IMG/VR virus record: IMGVR_UViG_3300020045_007838
Coordinates: 1 to 40,936 of that record
DNA from: a virus
Taxonomy: Duplodnaviria > Caudoviricetes
Direction: 5' to 3' (one strand)
Length of the DNA: 40,936 nt
The notes beneath the pieces were generated by a model. It did no database searches. It was not told the DNA's origin and worked only from the letters and a program-made list of their open reading frames with translations. Of this stretch, positions 15,630 to 26,304 are shown piece after piece (position 1 is the stretch's first letter; the number at the start of each line of letters is the position of its first letter). A program made the translations under genes and the position numbers.

Positions 15630-15941
15630 ATGCCACTTAGTCCTAATATCAATTCTAGAGAGTTTGATAAATTCAGGGACGGTCCAAGCGGAACGGCAGT
15701 TGGCGTAATTGTAGAGGGTGGGATCAATGATTCATCCGCAGAATTCTCTACAAACGATTTAGCGGAAGCGGCCCCCTTAACATATATCGGAAAATCAAAC
15801 GGCACAGACTGGGAAGTTCAACGCATTGACGAAACCTCTGGCCTTGCAATCCGTTACGCAAACATAGAAAACAATCCATCAGTCTTAACATACGCAGATG
15901 CATGGGCGGCCCGCGCTTCTCTTGCCTACGCACCAAGGTAA
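15630..15941 (+). CDS. Small virion structural protein
   Basis: GAGG RBS; TYIGK..W.VQRI..W..RASLAY pattern. Confidence 0.6.
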   Translation: MPLSPNINSREFDKFRDGPSGTAVGVIVEGGINDSSAEFSTNDLAEAAPLTYIGKSNGTDWEVQRIDETSGLAIRYANIENNPSVLTYADAWAARASLAYAPR

Positions 15942-15944
15942 TAA

Positions 15945-18900
15945 ATGGCAACGATTACCACAAACACTTTCCTAGATAGCGGAGTCGCAAGAACTCAGTC
16001 GGAAGTTTGGGCATTGAACGGTGGTGTACTTACCGTGAGAACAGACACCCGAGTACATGCCAACGCTCCAGCATCCATGACCGGAACGTTCGGTAACATA
16101 ACAGTTTCCCCTACTCTTGGTGGTGGTATATTAATTGACGGGAGAAACATTCGTGAGGTCTGGTTTAACTCTGGTGCAGGTGTGGTTCCTGCGATCGGTA
16201 CATCTGTCACTCAGGGTGGAGTTACTGGCTACCTCTTGGGGGTGTGGGCTAACCTTGCCAGTGCTCCGGCCGCTGTGGGTGCAGCAATGCCATCAACAGG
16301 ATTTTTAAAATTTAGAGAAGTCACAGGCGGGTCATTTGCAGCCGGTGCTCTTGGTGGAATTTCTGCCAGTGCTACAGGCGCAGACACATCTTCATGGCTA
16401 GAAGTTGTTCAATCTCAGCTTGCAATCAATACAATTCCACGACTAGGATTCTATAGAACTCGCGGCACATGGTATGAATTACCTCAGACAACAGACGGAA
16501 CAGCATCACAGTCTATTCAGACACCTACGAACGGCGGCGGTGCTGGTGTTCACGTTCCATGCTTGTGGATCGAGACAGCTCCAGCAAGTGGAGTGTATGA
16601 GAAGTACCCTTGCCTACCCATTTCTTTCTTCTTAACCGCTAACCTTGGTACTGACCAACGATCAAAGTTTTGTTACACCGCTGGTAACGGAGTTGTGCGA
16701 GTTGGTGGTGACGGTACGAACACAATGGGGTTCATCCCTCCTTCAGGTTGTAAAATAAGAATTCCTAACATTCTCGGAAGGCAAGCAGCAGCAGCTTCAG
16801 GTGCCGTATCACTTGAACCAAGCGCAACACTAGCGACAAGGCCAGACTTTGCGACTACAAGTGCGGGTGAAATTAATTTTGAATACTTCATGAACGATTG
16901 GTATCACAATTTTTCGGGAGCATTTCTAGTAAGGATGCATCATTGCGCAACTTTTGACACGCACATTTCGGTAAACGAGGCATCGCCAACAGATATTCTT
17001 AATTGCGCAATATCTTCTTATTTAACGGCCTCTAACATTCCACTAAGCTTTAACTTAAATCCTCTTGGCGGAACGGTAGAGGACTGTAAGTTTGCAAGGG
17101 GCCCGTCAACCGCAAACGGACACACCGTAAGCGTTTCACTTTCATCAAACTATGTTTTTAATAACGTCGAGGCTTACGTTATTCAGTATGCAAGAAGCAG
17201 CGGGGCATTTGCGCTTAACCAAGCAAGGTCTAGCACGTTTAACAACATCAAGCTTTTTGCTCTTGGGGTTACGGTGACGACCTGTCAAGGAATCACATTT
17301 AATGATCTTGACTATTCAGACAGAATATTAGGCAACACAAACTCTACTGGCCCGAAGGATTTAATTAGGTTGCTCTCATCATCTGACAATATAACTTTTG
17401 ACGGCATTACGATTGGGCTAAACGGATCATTCCCTGAAACACATCCCTATACATCAATTATTTCTTCTTCAAACTCAAGTAACTGCACAATAAGAAATGC
17501 AGGAACTCTTACCTCTAGTGTCGGTGGATCCACAAACGCAACTGGCCTCCTCTATAGTGATACTGGTGGTAATGACGGGATAAGACTCCAAAGAATATTT
17601 TTAACAGCAACAAGAACAAACCTTGTTTCTATTCCAAACTTTTCTAAAAATATTATTTTAGATAACTGCGCAGGAACTACAGGATCAATCGTTTCTGCCG
17701 GTTTAAATACTTCTATGAGAGGGATTCGTGCGGCTTCAAGCTCTGTAACAGGTCAAGCATCCTGCTACGGTTCACACTGGTTCGACATGTTCGAGTCAGA
17801 TACAGCAGGCAGAATATGGCTTGCCTTTAACGAGCCTACAGCTTTCTCAGCTTCTCAATACCAAGCGGTATCATTGGGAGTAGGTGCAGGTTTCACTTCC
17901 GCTGGCAACATTGCCATGCCTAACCTTGGTGATCAAATCATTTTCACCATGGATTACTTCGCTATTGGCCACACGAGATTCGCTAACATTGCACCAACGA
18001 TAACTGCTACAAACTCAGGTAACTTTACGTTTGAGTATGACCTCGATACTGGTGCAGGATTCACCGCAGTTTACAAAACTTTAAACGCTGCAAATCTTTT
18101 TGCTGAAACACTAGACCCTGTACAGGGTGTTAAGTTAAAAATCAGAGCAACGGTTACAACTGCAAACGCAGCGAACGCTTTGACTTACATTAGAGTAAGC
18201 ACAGAATCTACATTGGCCACACAGTCAGCAGCACTCTATCCGTTAGACACAGCTACCATTACAATCAATGGTCTCAGGGCTGGTTCAAGAGTTTTCCTCT
18301 ACGATGTTACAAACAGTGTGGAACTCTTTAACGAAGTTGTAGCAGGAACTTCACTATCTTACTCTGCACCTTACGCTGATGACTATTTGTTGATGGTGAG
18401 AGTGATGTACGCAACTGCTGTAACAGCCGACGAGTTTATAGAGTTTACCGACAACGTAACAGTCAACGGACTAACTCGAAGTGTAACACCTGTCATTGAT
18501 GATATTTACGTTGCTAACTTGGTGGATGGTTTTAGTGTTGTTGGTATTGCTATTAACGATTCAGCTCTTTTGATTGAAGCAGATGACGGTACATTCTCGT
18601 GGGCAGACATCTACGCTTACGAGACAGCATGGTTGTTCTCTGAAGAAGGTATAAGAGATGAAGGAAGATTTATCACAGCGGTAGATTCAGCAAACTATAT
18701 TCTCGAAAACTTTAAAATTAAAAACGTAAGTTCTCCGACTGCACCTCTCGTTATAACTGGAGGATGGGGGCGAGACTCTGTTACTGGCCAGACAGTTACC
18801 CTTATTGACACAACAGGGGGAACTATATTCTCTAACCCTGACCTAGTGGTATCATTTGCTACAGGATCAGGTCTTTCACCGTCAGAGCAAGCGACTCTTT

Positions 18901-19199
18901 CAAAGCTGGATACGCTTACTGAAATCTCGGATGGTTTACGGTTTACGACTAAGGCCCTAGAGCAGGCCCCTACCGGAGGCGGTGGAGGATCAGGGCCAAC
19001 TGCTGAAGAGATAGCAGATGCCGTTTGGGAAGAGGTTAATTCAGACCACTTAACAGCAGGCTCTACTGGTGAGAAACTTAATAGTGCATCAACAGGTAAC
19101 CCATGGGAAGCAGATCTCGCAACCAATAACACTGCCGGAACATTCGGCGCATTTGTACAGAAGCTTTTAACTGTAGCTAAATTTCTAGGACTAAAATGA
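15945..19199 (+). CDS. Large virion protein with parallel beta-helix region (spike/head-fibre-like)
   Basis: 1084 aa, Ser/Thr/Asn/Gly-rich with periodic N.TF.N/D.I repeats; C-terminal PTAEEIADAVWEE..H...GSTG motif. Confidence 0.7.
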   Translation: MATITTNTFLDSGVARTQSEVWALNGGVLTVRTDTRVHANAPASMTGTFGNITVSPTLGGGILIDGRNIREVWFNSGAGVVPAIGTSVTQGGVTGYLLGVWANLASAPAAVGAAMPSTGFLKFREVTGGSFAAGALGGISASATGADTSSWLEVVQSQLAINTIPRLGFYRTRGTWYELPQTTDGTASQSIQTPTNGGGAGVHVPCLWIETAPASGVYEKYPCLPISFFLTANLGTDQRSKFCYTAGNGVVRVGGDGTNTMGFIPPSGCKIRIPNILGRQAAAASGAVSLEPSATLATRPDFATTSAGEINFEYFMNDWYHNFSGAFLVRMHHCATFDTHISVNEASPTDILNCAISSYLTASNIPLSFNLNPLGGTVEDCKFARGPSTANGHTVSVSLSSNYVFNNVEAYVIQYARSSGAFALNQARSSTFNNIKLFALGVTVTTCQGITFNDLDYSDRILGNTNSTGPKDLIRLLSSSDNITFDGITIGLNGSFPETHPYTSIISSSNSSNCTIRNAGTLTSSVGGSTNATGLLYSDTGGNDGIRLQRIFLTATRTNLVSIPNFSKNIILDNCAGTTGSIVSAGLNTSMRGIRAASSSVTGQASCYGSHWFDMFESDTAGRIWLAFNEPTAFSASQYQAVSLGVGAGFTSAGNIAMPNLGDQIIFTMDYFAIGHTRFANIAPTITATNSGNFTFEYDLDTGAGFTAVYKTLNAANLFAETLDPVQGVKLKIRATVTTANAANALTYIRVSTESTLATQSAALYPLDTATITINGLRAGSRVFLYDVTNSVELFNEVVAGTSLSYSAPYADDYLLMVRVMYATAVTADEFIEFTDNVTVNGLTRSVTPVIDDIYVANLVDGFSVVGIAINDSALLIEADDGTFSWADIYAYETAWLFSEEGIRDEGRFITAVDSANYILENFKIKNVSSPTAPLVITGGWGRDSVTGQTVTLIDTTGGTIFSNPDLVVSFATGSGLSPSEQATLSKLDTLTEISDGLRFTTKALEQAPTGGGGGSGPTAEEIADAVWEEVNSDHLTAGSTGEKLNSASTGNPWEADLATNNTAGTFGAFVQKLLTVAKFLGLK

Positions 19200-20020
19200 G
19201 AATTTTTATCAAGTCAGGGTCGGCCGTTTCCGAGGTTTCAAAAGAGCTTAACTCCTACACTTCTGGAGCAACACTTGCGACGATTGCATCAACGGACGCA
19301 ATTTACTTAGCGGTAGATTTTCCGATGAATCATTTTTACTTAAAAATGGGCACTGTTTTAAACACTGAAAGCTCGGTCATGTCAGTTCAGTATTGGAATG
19401 GAGAGGATTGGATCAGTTCGGTTCATGTTAACGATTACACAGACGCACTTTCAAATTCTGGAATGGTCGAGTTTACTCCTGATCGCGACGAAGCTTGGAT
19501 GCGAGACGACACTAATGATAACGGGAACGAGATTACTGATCTTTCGTCTATCAAGGTTTACGACAAGTATTGGATCAAGATCAAGTTTTCTGCTTCATTA
19601 ACTGCTGCGATTGAATTGCTATGGATCGGGAATTTGTTCTCAACCGATTCGGACCTATTATCAGAATTTCCAATCTTTAATGACTCATCCTTTATGCTGG
19701 CATTTAAGGCCGGAAAAACATCTTGGGAAGAACAACATGTGAAGGCCGCTGAGTTAATCATTCAGGATTTAAAAAGAAGAAACGTCATCATCGGACCTGA
19801 GCAGATTTTAGAGTACAATCTTTTGCTTCCGGCATCTGTTTGCAAAACTGCAGAGATTATCTATAACGCATTCGGTAACGACTATCTTTCCCAAAGAGAC
19901 AGTGCTCGCGCTGAATATAAGCAAAGATGCGATCTCTCAAAATTCATTTTAGACACAAACAGTAATGGCATCGTTGACCATTATGAGGTTTCAGAATCTC
20001 AAGGGTGGTTATCGAGATGA
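19196..20020 (+). CDS. Probable head-tail adaptor with N-terminal beta domain
   Basis: Position; helical C-terminal half (AAELIIQDL...AEIIY...ARAEY). Confidence 0.5.
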   Translation: MRIFIKSGSAVSEVSKELNSYTSGATLATIASTDAIYLAVDFPMNHFYLKMGTVLNTESSVMSVQYWNGEDWISSVHVNDYTDALSNSGMVEFTPDRDEAWMRDDTNDNGNEITDLSSIKVYDKYWIKIKFSASLTAAIELLWIGNLFSTDSDLLSEFPIFNDSSFMLAFKAGKTSWEEQHVKAAELIIQDLKRRNVIIGPEQILEYNLLLPASVCKTAEIIYNAFGNDYLSQRDSARAEYKQRCDLSKFILDTNSNGIVDHYEVSESQGWLSR

Positions 20021-20469
20021 GTAAGATTTCTACCGCGTACACGGCCCTTATTTTTGAGGTAAACACTCTTTTTCCTTCGAAGACCCGTATGCACAATGCA
20101 AACGACATTCTTTCGAATCCTGCCCTTATTCTGAGAAACTCTTGGGGTATCATAGTCAATGAGGCATCTCGCGAAGACGCTGAATATTGCAGTTTAACGC
20201 TGTCTAGATCGCTATCTATCGTGTTGGTTAAACAGTTCGTATCATTAAATGGAAAGGAAGACGGATTCGATGCCGTGAACATGGCGATCATGGAAGATCA
20301 ACAGTCCTTAGCCTCGCTCTTGCATTCACCGGATGAATTGGGCGTGGCATCTGACATTGACAGGATCGACGTTTCCCCATTGTCAGGAATTACAGAGTTA
20401 ACATCGGGCGAAGAAAAATTTCTAACCGCTCAAGTGGATTTTAATATCATTATCAGTGAATCAATTTAA
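20017..20469 (+). CDS. Probable tail terminator/completion protein
   Basis: ~150 aa directly before tail tube gene; ATGA coupling. Confidence 0.55.
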   Translation: MSKISTAYTALIFEVNTLFPSKTRMHNANDILSNPALILRNSWGIIVNEASREDAEYCSLTLSRSLSIVLVKQFVSLNGKEDGFDAVNMAIMEDQQSLASLLHSPDELGVASDIDRIDVSPLSGITELTSGEEKFLTAQVDFNIIISESI

Positions 20470-20478
20470 GGAGTTTAT

Positions 20479-21969
20479 ATGTCTGTAGGTCTCTCAAGAG
20501 CTTCCGTGTTCGCATTAAAAGAAGAATCTACGGCCGGTGTCTACGCACCTCCTGCATCAGGCGCGGACTTTGTTCCGTTGCGGCCGGGGAATGAACTTAC
20601 TTACGAGCCTGAACAGCTTGAATCAGACGAGCTTGTAAACGATATTGGTGCATCAAAATCAGCAACAGGTAAAGAGGTTGTTTCTGGATCTCACTCAGCA
20701 TACTTGAAACATTCAGGCGTTGAGGGTCAAGAGCCAGAAGTCGGTATCTTGTATGAATCACTTTTCGGTTCTAAAAATATCGTAGGTACTGAGCGCGTAA
20801 CTGCATCATCTTCAACGACTGCGATTATTAAAGTTGCAGACGGTACTCAGTTTATTCAAGGTCAAGCACTTCTTGTTAAGAAAGCAAACGGATACAAAAT
20901 CGTTAACGTAGCATCCATCTCAGGGAACGATCTGATCGTAAACTTCGCACTGGACTCTGCTCCAGCAAGCGGGGTGGGCCTTGGTAAAGCTATTACCTAC
21001 CTCCCTGTAGCTCAGGGACATCCCACTTTCTCTACTTCTAAATATTTGGGAAGCGGATTTGCTAAAGAAGTTTCTGTAGGAAACACAGTTACAGAAGCAT
21101 CTTTCACTATGGATGCAAACGGATTCGGAGAAGTTGAGTTTTCTTTCGAAGGAACTGGATACTACTTCAATCCGGTAACAATCGCAGCGACAAATAAGTT
21201 TATTGACCTTACTGACGATACTGGAACGATTGCCGTATCAATCGCTGAAAAGATTTATAAAACTCCAATCGAACTCGCTGACGCAATCGCTTCTGCATTG
21301 AACGCATCAAGCACAGAAGACTACACTTGTGTATTCTCTTCAGTTACTGGCCGATTCACGATCGCTTCTACAAGTACCGTTCTTTCCCTTTTGTGGAACT
21401 CTGGTACAAACGCTGCGAACTCTATCGGGGTGACACTCGGCTTCTTGGTTGCTGCTGATGATACTGGTGCGGTTTCATACACTTCAGACAGTGAACAATC
21501 TTACGCAGTTCCTTATTCTCCAGCTTACGATGCTGATAATAAAATCGTTGTTAAAGGCGCTGAGCTTTTCATCGGAAATCAGTCTGACAATATTTGCTTC
21601 TGCGCTCAAACGGTTGCCGTTACAGTCTCGAAAGAGGTTGAAGACGTTGACTGTATTTGTGAAGAATCAGGTATCCTTGAAAAAATTCCTTTCTCAAGAT
21701 CGGCAACGATGGAAGTTTCGGCCGTGCTTAAAAAACATGATGTTGTTCTTCTTGATGCGCTTCTTAAGAACTCAGGTATCAGCGCGATGATGAACGTCGG
21801 TCCTAAAACTGGCGGGAATTGGGTTGCGGGAAAATGCGCTAACTTCTATCTTCAAAAATGTACAGTATCATCATACACGACTTCAGGTGACTCATTCATT
21901 CAAGTGAACTTAACTCTCACTGGATACGTTACGAGCACCGAGAAAGATGTGTACTTCAATCTTATTTAA
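20479..21969 (+). CDS. Tail tube (major tail) protein with inserted domains
   Basis: KEESTAGVY..P N-terminus, LESDEL..D motif; AAGGAG RBS; precedes chaperone and tape measure. Confidence 0.7.
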   Translation: MSVGLSRASVFALKEESTAGVYAPPASGADFVPLRPGNELTYEPEQLESDELVNDIGASKSATGKEVVSGSHSAYLKHSGVEGQEPEVGILYESLFGSKNIVGTERVTASSSTTAIIKVADGTQFIQGQALLVKKANGYKIVNVASISGNDLIVNFALDSAPASGVGLGKAITYLPVAQGHPTFSTSKYLGSGFAKEVSVGNTVTEASFTMDANGFGEVEFSFEGTGYYFNPVTIAATNKFIDLTDDTGTIAVSIAEKIYKTPIELADAIASALNASSTEDYTCVFSSVTGRFTIASTSTVLSLLWNSGTNAANSIGVTLGFLVAADDTGAVSYTSDSEQSYAVPYSPAYDADNKIVVKGAELFIGNQSDNICFCAQTVAVTVSKEVEDVDCICEESGILEKIPFSRSATMEVSAVLKKHDVVLLDALLKNSGISAMMNVGPKTGGNWVAGKCANFYLQKCTVSSYTTSGDSFIQVNLTLTGYVTSTEKDVYFNLI

Positions 21970-21981
21970 TAAGAGGTTTTT

Positions 21982-22272
21982 TTGAACTCAGTTAAAACAT
22001 CGAAGGGATCGCTTAAATGGCGGTCCCCAACAATCCTCGAAAACGCAAAACTCTTAAAGGTTGCGCGTAGAGCTTTCGCTGAGGGCGACATTCTTGACGC
22101 GAAAATCGTTGTCATGGAAATGGCACAAGACCTTCTCGACTATTCAGAGATGGAAGTTAAGACGTTCGAGGAATTAAATAAGCTCGGCGACGAGATGCTT
22201 TCTCCGATGATGGAAATTGCGGAAAAAATTCTCGACAGACTAATCGAGGCCCTCGCAAAAAAGCCCATGTAA
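21982..22272 (+). CDS. Tail assembly chaperone (gpG-like)
   Basis: TTG start with GAGG RBS; between tail tube and TMP; ends at slippery site. Confidence 0.75.
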   Translation: MNSVKTSKGSLKWRSPTILENAKLLKVARRAFAEGDILDAKIVVMEMAQDLLDYSEMEVKTFEELNKLGDEMLSPMMEIAEKILDRLIEALAKKPM

Positions 22273-22505
22273 GAGATGCTTTAAATGCATACTCTTCGGG
22301 ACTGAGCGAGAAAGAAGTTGCGGAACTGACTGATGAGAATACTGCAAAATGCGTAGTCTCTATTTATCAGGACATCGAGGATTACTTAGACTTTAAAAGT
22401 GTGATTAGCCTCGGGATGACAGTGACCGCTAAAGAGATTCCTTTTGATAAAGCAATGATCTTCTCATGGATCAGAGAGGAAAGAGAAAGTGGCAGAAAGC
22501 ATTGA
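22257..22505 (+). CDS. -1 frameshift extension of tail assembly chaperone (gpGT-like)
   Basis: A-AAA-AAG at 22257-22263; -1 frame open 80 codons (AHVRDALNAYSSG...GRKH) to TGA 22503-22505. Confidence 0.8.
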   Translation, partial: KKAHVRDALNAYSSGLSEKEVAELTDENTAKCVVSIYQDIEDYLDFKSVISLGMTVTAKEIPFDKAMIFSWIREERESGRKH

Positions 22506-24714
22506 TTTTAGACTTAAGGTTATCGAAGACTCTCTCGCAAAGTCTCTAGAGGCCAATGAAAAAAGAGCAAAGTCTCTCAGTGAGTCTATTGCTGGTGTAA
22601 CAACAACGCTTAGAAATGTTGGAAGCTTTGTAGGATTCGCAGGGATTGCAGCAACCCTGCGAAGCACAGTCACAGAAGCGGCAAAATTTTCCCGTTCTAT
22701 TTCAGAAATCAATTCAGTTCTCCCTGCAAATACCAAGCTTACTAAAGACCAAGAAAAGGCCTTGGCACAGCTCTCAGAAAGATACGGTACAAGTGCAGAA
22801 GCCCAAGCCAAGGGCTTCTTTGAGGCGGTTTCTAACGGTATCGAGGATACGGCGACAGCGGCGAAGATTCTAAAGTCTGCAAACGATGCTGCACTTTCCG
22901 GCTTGGTTGATTTGAATACTGCTTCACGATTAATCACGAGTACGTTTAACGCATACGCTACAAGCGGAACAACAGCCGCTCAGGTTACTGACACATTAGT
23001 CGCAGTCACTCAGGTTTCAGGTATCAAGTTCGAAGAGCTCGCCTCTACAGTCGGTCGGGTTACTAACGTAGCAGCACAGTCCGGCGTTTCTATCGGAGAG
23101 CTTGGCGGTACACTTGCATTCTTAAATCAGCGATCAGTCACTACAGAGCAAGCGGTCACGGGTCTTGCGGGTATTCTTAACGAGGTTTCAAAGCCTTCTC
23201 AAGAAGCTCAGAGAGAAGCCCTTAGATTAGGAATTTCATTCAATCAAGCAGCACTACAATCGAAAGGCCTTGTCGGATTCTTGCAGGAAGTATCTGAGAA
23301 AACCAACGGAAACGTAGCTTCTCTTAGACAGCTTTTTGGAGATCAGCGCGCAGCTAATGCGATCATTGCAATTGCTACAAGTCAGTTTTCTGAATACGGT
23401 GCTGTGGTTGATAGAGTTACCAACTCTCAAGGCGAAGCTGCTAGAGCATCGAAAGTCATTAGAGAGAGCTTAGATTTTAAACTCGACACATCTGGAAATT
23501 CTTTTAACTCACTTGTAATAACGATTGGTGAAAAGTTTATTCCGTTAATTGATGCGGCCGGAAAATCAGCACTATTATTTAAAAATATTATTGGTTCAAG
23601 TACTAAATCTTTAGATGAAAATAAAAACAAGCTTAGTGATCTTGCAAACGAATACAACAATGTTGTTGATAGAATTGCTGAATACAACAAGACTCAAGAT
23701 GGTTCTGAATCTCAGGCAAAAAAAGCACTAGAGGCAAGACTTTCGGCTATACTGTCAGAAAGACAGGCACTAAGAGACCTTCAGGCAGACAAAGCAAAAG
23801 CTGAAAACGCAAGCGGTGCCACCACTACCGCTTCAAGCAATCCTCAAGTAATCGCACTAACTGAGGCCGAAAAGCAGATTAAAGAAAAATACGCAAATAT
23901 TGCAATGCTGAGAGAGACGGCCGTTCTTGAAGAGGAAAACTTCAAAGCAGAGGCCGCTAACCTTGCTATCACAAACGATATTGCCAGACAAGAGGCTGAG
24001 ATCGAAAGACTCTTTGCTTACGAGACACGCAAAAAAGACATTGAAACCCAGTTCGCACTAGAAAAAGCCGCTATTACTGGTGGTCCAATCCAAGCAGCCG
24101 AAGAAGAAAGAATCGCAGCGGAAAGACTTATTGCTATAAAAACAGCAACGGGAAAAAAGATTGTAGAACTAGATAAGAATCAAAAGGCCGCACAAAAAGC
24201 AGAGGGCACTAAGTATAAAAAATGGGAAGATCAGACATCTGAAGAGAGGGTTGCTACCGTTCAGACTACCCTAGGACAAATCTCAACACTTCAACAATCT
24301 TCAAATAAAACAGCGGCTGCACTTGGTAAGGCCGCAGCGATTACAAGTGCTACAATTGACGGTATTAGAGCGGTTCAGTTAACACTTGCCACGATTCCAC
24401 CTCCTTTTTCTTTTGCAGCAGCAGCGGCCGTAGGTGCAGCAGCGGCATTAAACGTATCCAAGATTGCAGGAGTTAAAGGATTCGCTGAAGGCGGCGTAAT
24501 TGGCTCAACCGACGGGGCAACTCGCGGTCAAGATAACAAGCTAGCCACGGTCAGAACTGGCGAAATGGTGTTAAATGCCGATCAGCAAAAAAATCTATTC
24601 GACTTTATTAATAACGGAGCATCGTCAGGTGGTGAAATCGTGGTTCAGATTGATGGGCGCGAGGTGGCACGAGCAGTAAGGTCACAAATAAAAGGCGGGT
24701 TCCGTTTAGCATGA
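22489..24714 (+). CDS. Tape measure protein (TP901-like)
   Basis: 741 aa, Ala-rich helical; C-terminal FAEGGVI...GEMVLN motif. Confidence 0.9.
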   Translation: MAESIDFRLKVIEDSLAKSLEANEKRAKSLSESIAGVTTTLRNVGSFVGFAGIAATLRSTVTEAAKFSRSISEINSVLPANTKLTKDQEKALAQLSERYGTSAEAQAKGFFEAVSNGIEDTATAAKILKSANDAALSGLVDLNTASRLITSTFNAYATSGTTAAQVTDTLVAVTQVSGIKFEELASTVGRVTNVAAQSGVSIGELGGTLAFLNQRSVTTEQAVTGLAGILNEVSKPSQEAQREALRLGISFNQAALQSKGLVGFLQEVSEKTNGNVASLRQLFGDQRAANAIIAIATSQFSEYGAVVDRVTNSQGEAARASKVIRESLDFKLDTSGNSFNSLVITIGEKFIPLIDAAGKSALLFKNIIGSSTKSLDENKNKLSDLANEYNNVVDRIAEYNKTQDGSESQAKKALEARLSAILSERQALRDLQADKAKAENASGATTTASSNPQVIALTEAEKQIKEKYANIAMLRETAVLEEENFKAEAANLAITNDIARQEAEIERLFAYETRKKDIETQFALEKAAITGGPIQAAEEERIAAERLIAIKTATGKKIVELDKNQKAAQKAEGTKYKKWEDQTSEERVATVQTTLGQISTLQQSSNKTAAALGKAAAITSATIDGIRAVQLTLATIPPPFSFAAAAAVGAAAALNVSKIAGVKGFAEGGVIGSTDGATRGQDNKLATVRTGEMVLNADQQKNLFDFINNGASSGGEIVVQIDGREVARAVRSQIKGGFRLA

Positions 24715-25466
24715 GCTTATTATTTTATTCAACCAACTTAGTCGATCAAGCCGAATTTACACCATCAACGGAGAACGCGCTATTTCCTGCTGAAAATCTT
24801 AAGGATTATCGTAGGACAAAAGTTTTCAGATCCACAACAAACACGGATTCGATTATTCTCGACCTACAAGAAACATCTGAGATTGATTCTATTTTCTTGG
24901 TTGATTCACCTAGAGACGGGTTCGGAATCACGACAGTATCGGTTGATTTTAGTGCGACCTCAAATTTCACGAGCCCTGCACATACGGAATCGATCACGTT
25001 TTCTACAGTTCACGGCATGGGTTTTAAGTCGTTTTCACTTCAAAACTACCGCTTCGTTAGGATTAATCTCGCTTCAACCCTTGGATATTGCGAACTCTCT
25101 AAGATTTTCATCGGAAAAGCTATCGATATGAATCGGTGTTTTTCTTTTGGCTGGTCATTCAAAGACGACGAGATCGTTTCGACAAAACAGAACAGGTACG
25201 GACAAAAATTCTCGGACATTGTATCGAGACAAAAAGAAATAAGTTTCTCGGTCAAGATGCTAAGCAAAGACCAGCTCGATCAGTTTTTTGAACTGTATGA
25301 CCTGAAAGGAAAATCCAAGCCGTTCTTCATGAGTATGGAATGTGCTGATGTTATTAATAACAAGGAAAGATTCTCAGGTATGTTCTTCTTTAAAGACGTT
25401 CCGACGATTACAAATACATCATTTAATCGTTACTCAATCTCAATTTCACTCGAAGAGGCACTGTGA
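24711..25466 (+). CDS. Distal tail/baseplate-type protein
   Basis: Directly after TMP; FPAENL and C-terminal ISLEE pattern. Confidence 0.6.
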   Translation: MSLLFYSTNLVDQAEFTPSTENALFPAENLKDYRRTKVFRSTTNTDSIILDLQETSEIDSIFLVDSPRDGFGITTVSVDFSATSNFTSPAHTESITFSTVHGMGFKSFSLQNYRFVRINLASTLGYCELSKIFIGKAIDMNRCFSFGWSFKDDEIVSTKQNRYGQKFSDIVSRQKEISFSVKMLSKDQLDQFFELYDLKGKSKPFFMSMECADVINNKERFSGMFFFKDVPTITNTSFNRYSISISLEEAL

Positions 25467-25909
25467 CTACGCTACTGGCCGAGCCGCTTTATACGGAATT
25501 GTCGCATAATTTCACGCTATCGTTTGAGCGCTATTCCATCGGTGCAATTTCTCCATATCTTTACATTCATAATACACCATCTGGGACATTTACTTTTTCG
25601 CTAAGCAGCACTCAAGGCGTTATATTCACCTCGACATTTTCATGCGCTCAAATCAAGACAGCGATGAGCACGACAGATAATTACATTCATGCATTTTATC
25701 CGATTATCCCATCAGCCCCACTCCCTTTAACGTCCGGAAGCTATACTGCAAAACTAACTTCAAGCGGTTACACTTACTCTAGTGGCGCGTTTATCGCATG
25801 GGTCAAACAGTTCGAAGATTTAAATAACGAGCTTGGATATACCCCGATAGACGACTCAGAGAACCCTCTCGCAATGAGAATAAAGGTATATAAAAGAGGC
25901 GTAGAATGA
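25463..25909 (+). CDS. Tail-region structural protein
   Basis: GTG start coupled; beta-rich. Confidence 0.6.
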   Translation: MTTLLAEPLYTELSHNFTLSFERYSIGAISPYLYIHNTPSGTFTFSLSSTQGVIFTSTFSCAQIKTAMSTTDNYIHAFYPIIPSAPLPLTSGSYTAKLTSSGYTYSSGAFIAWVKQFEDLNNELGYTPIDDSENPLAMRIKVYKRGVE

Positions 25910-26304
25910 CTAGAATAGTTTCTTTTATTGATGGTGCTGCAAGCGCATCGTCCCCGAATGTTCAAGGTGCGGATCAAGAGCCTTTCACTCTTTCAAACAA
26001 CACAACCGGAACAGTAACGACCTTACTTCCTCTTGTTTACAAGAGCGTTTTTTACTCTTTCGAACTCACTCGCGCAGGATCATCAACGTACAGGCAGACC
26101 GGAACCATTATGCTAACCCATAATACATCTTGGGAAATGAATATCGGGAATCACCAAGGCGACGAGCTTCTTCAAGACTCAATTGTGAATGGCCAAGACG
26201 TTATCCTATCAATCTCTGGGAATAACCTAAACTACCAGACGGGAAATCAGGCCGGACATACAGAAACAAAACTCAAACTTTACGCCGTGAGAATCATCGT
26301 ATGA
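25906..26304 (+). CDS. Tail-region structural protein
   Basis: GAGG RBS, ATGA coupling; beta-rich. Confidence 0.6.
   Translation: MTRIVSFIDGAASASSPNVQGADQEPFTLSNNTTGTVTTLLPLVYKSVFYSFELTRAGSSTYRQTGTIMLTHNTSWEMNIGNHQGDELLQDSIVNGQDVILSISGNNLNYQTGNQAGHTETKLKLYAVRIIV

Noticed and set aside
20479-21969. Contractile tail sheath
   Set aside because: Size is sheath-like, but no separate tube gene or baseplate wedge (gpJ-like) genes were recognised, and it is followed directly by chaperone and TMP
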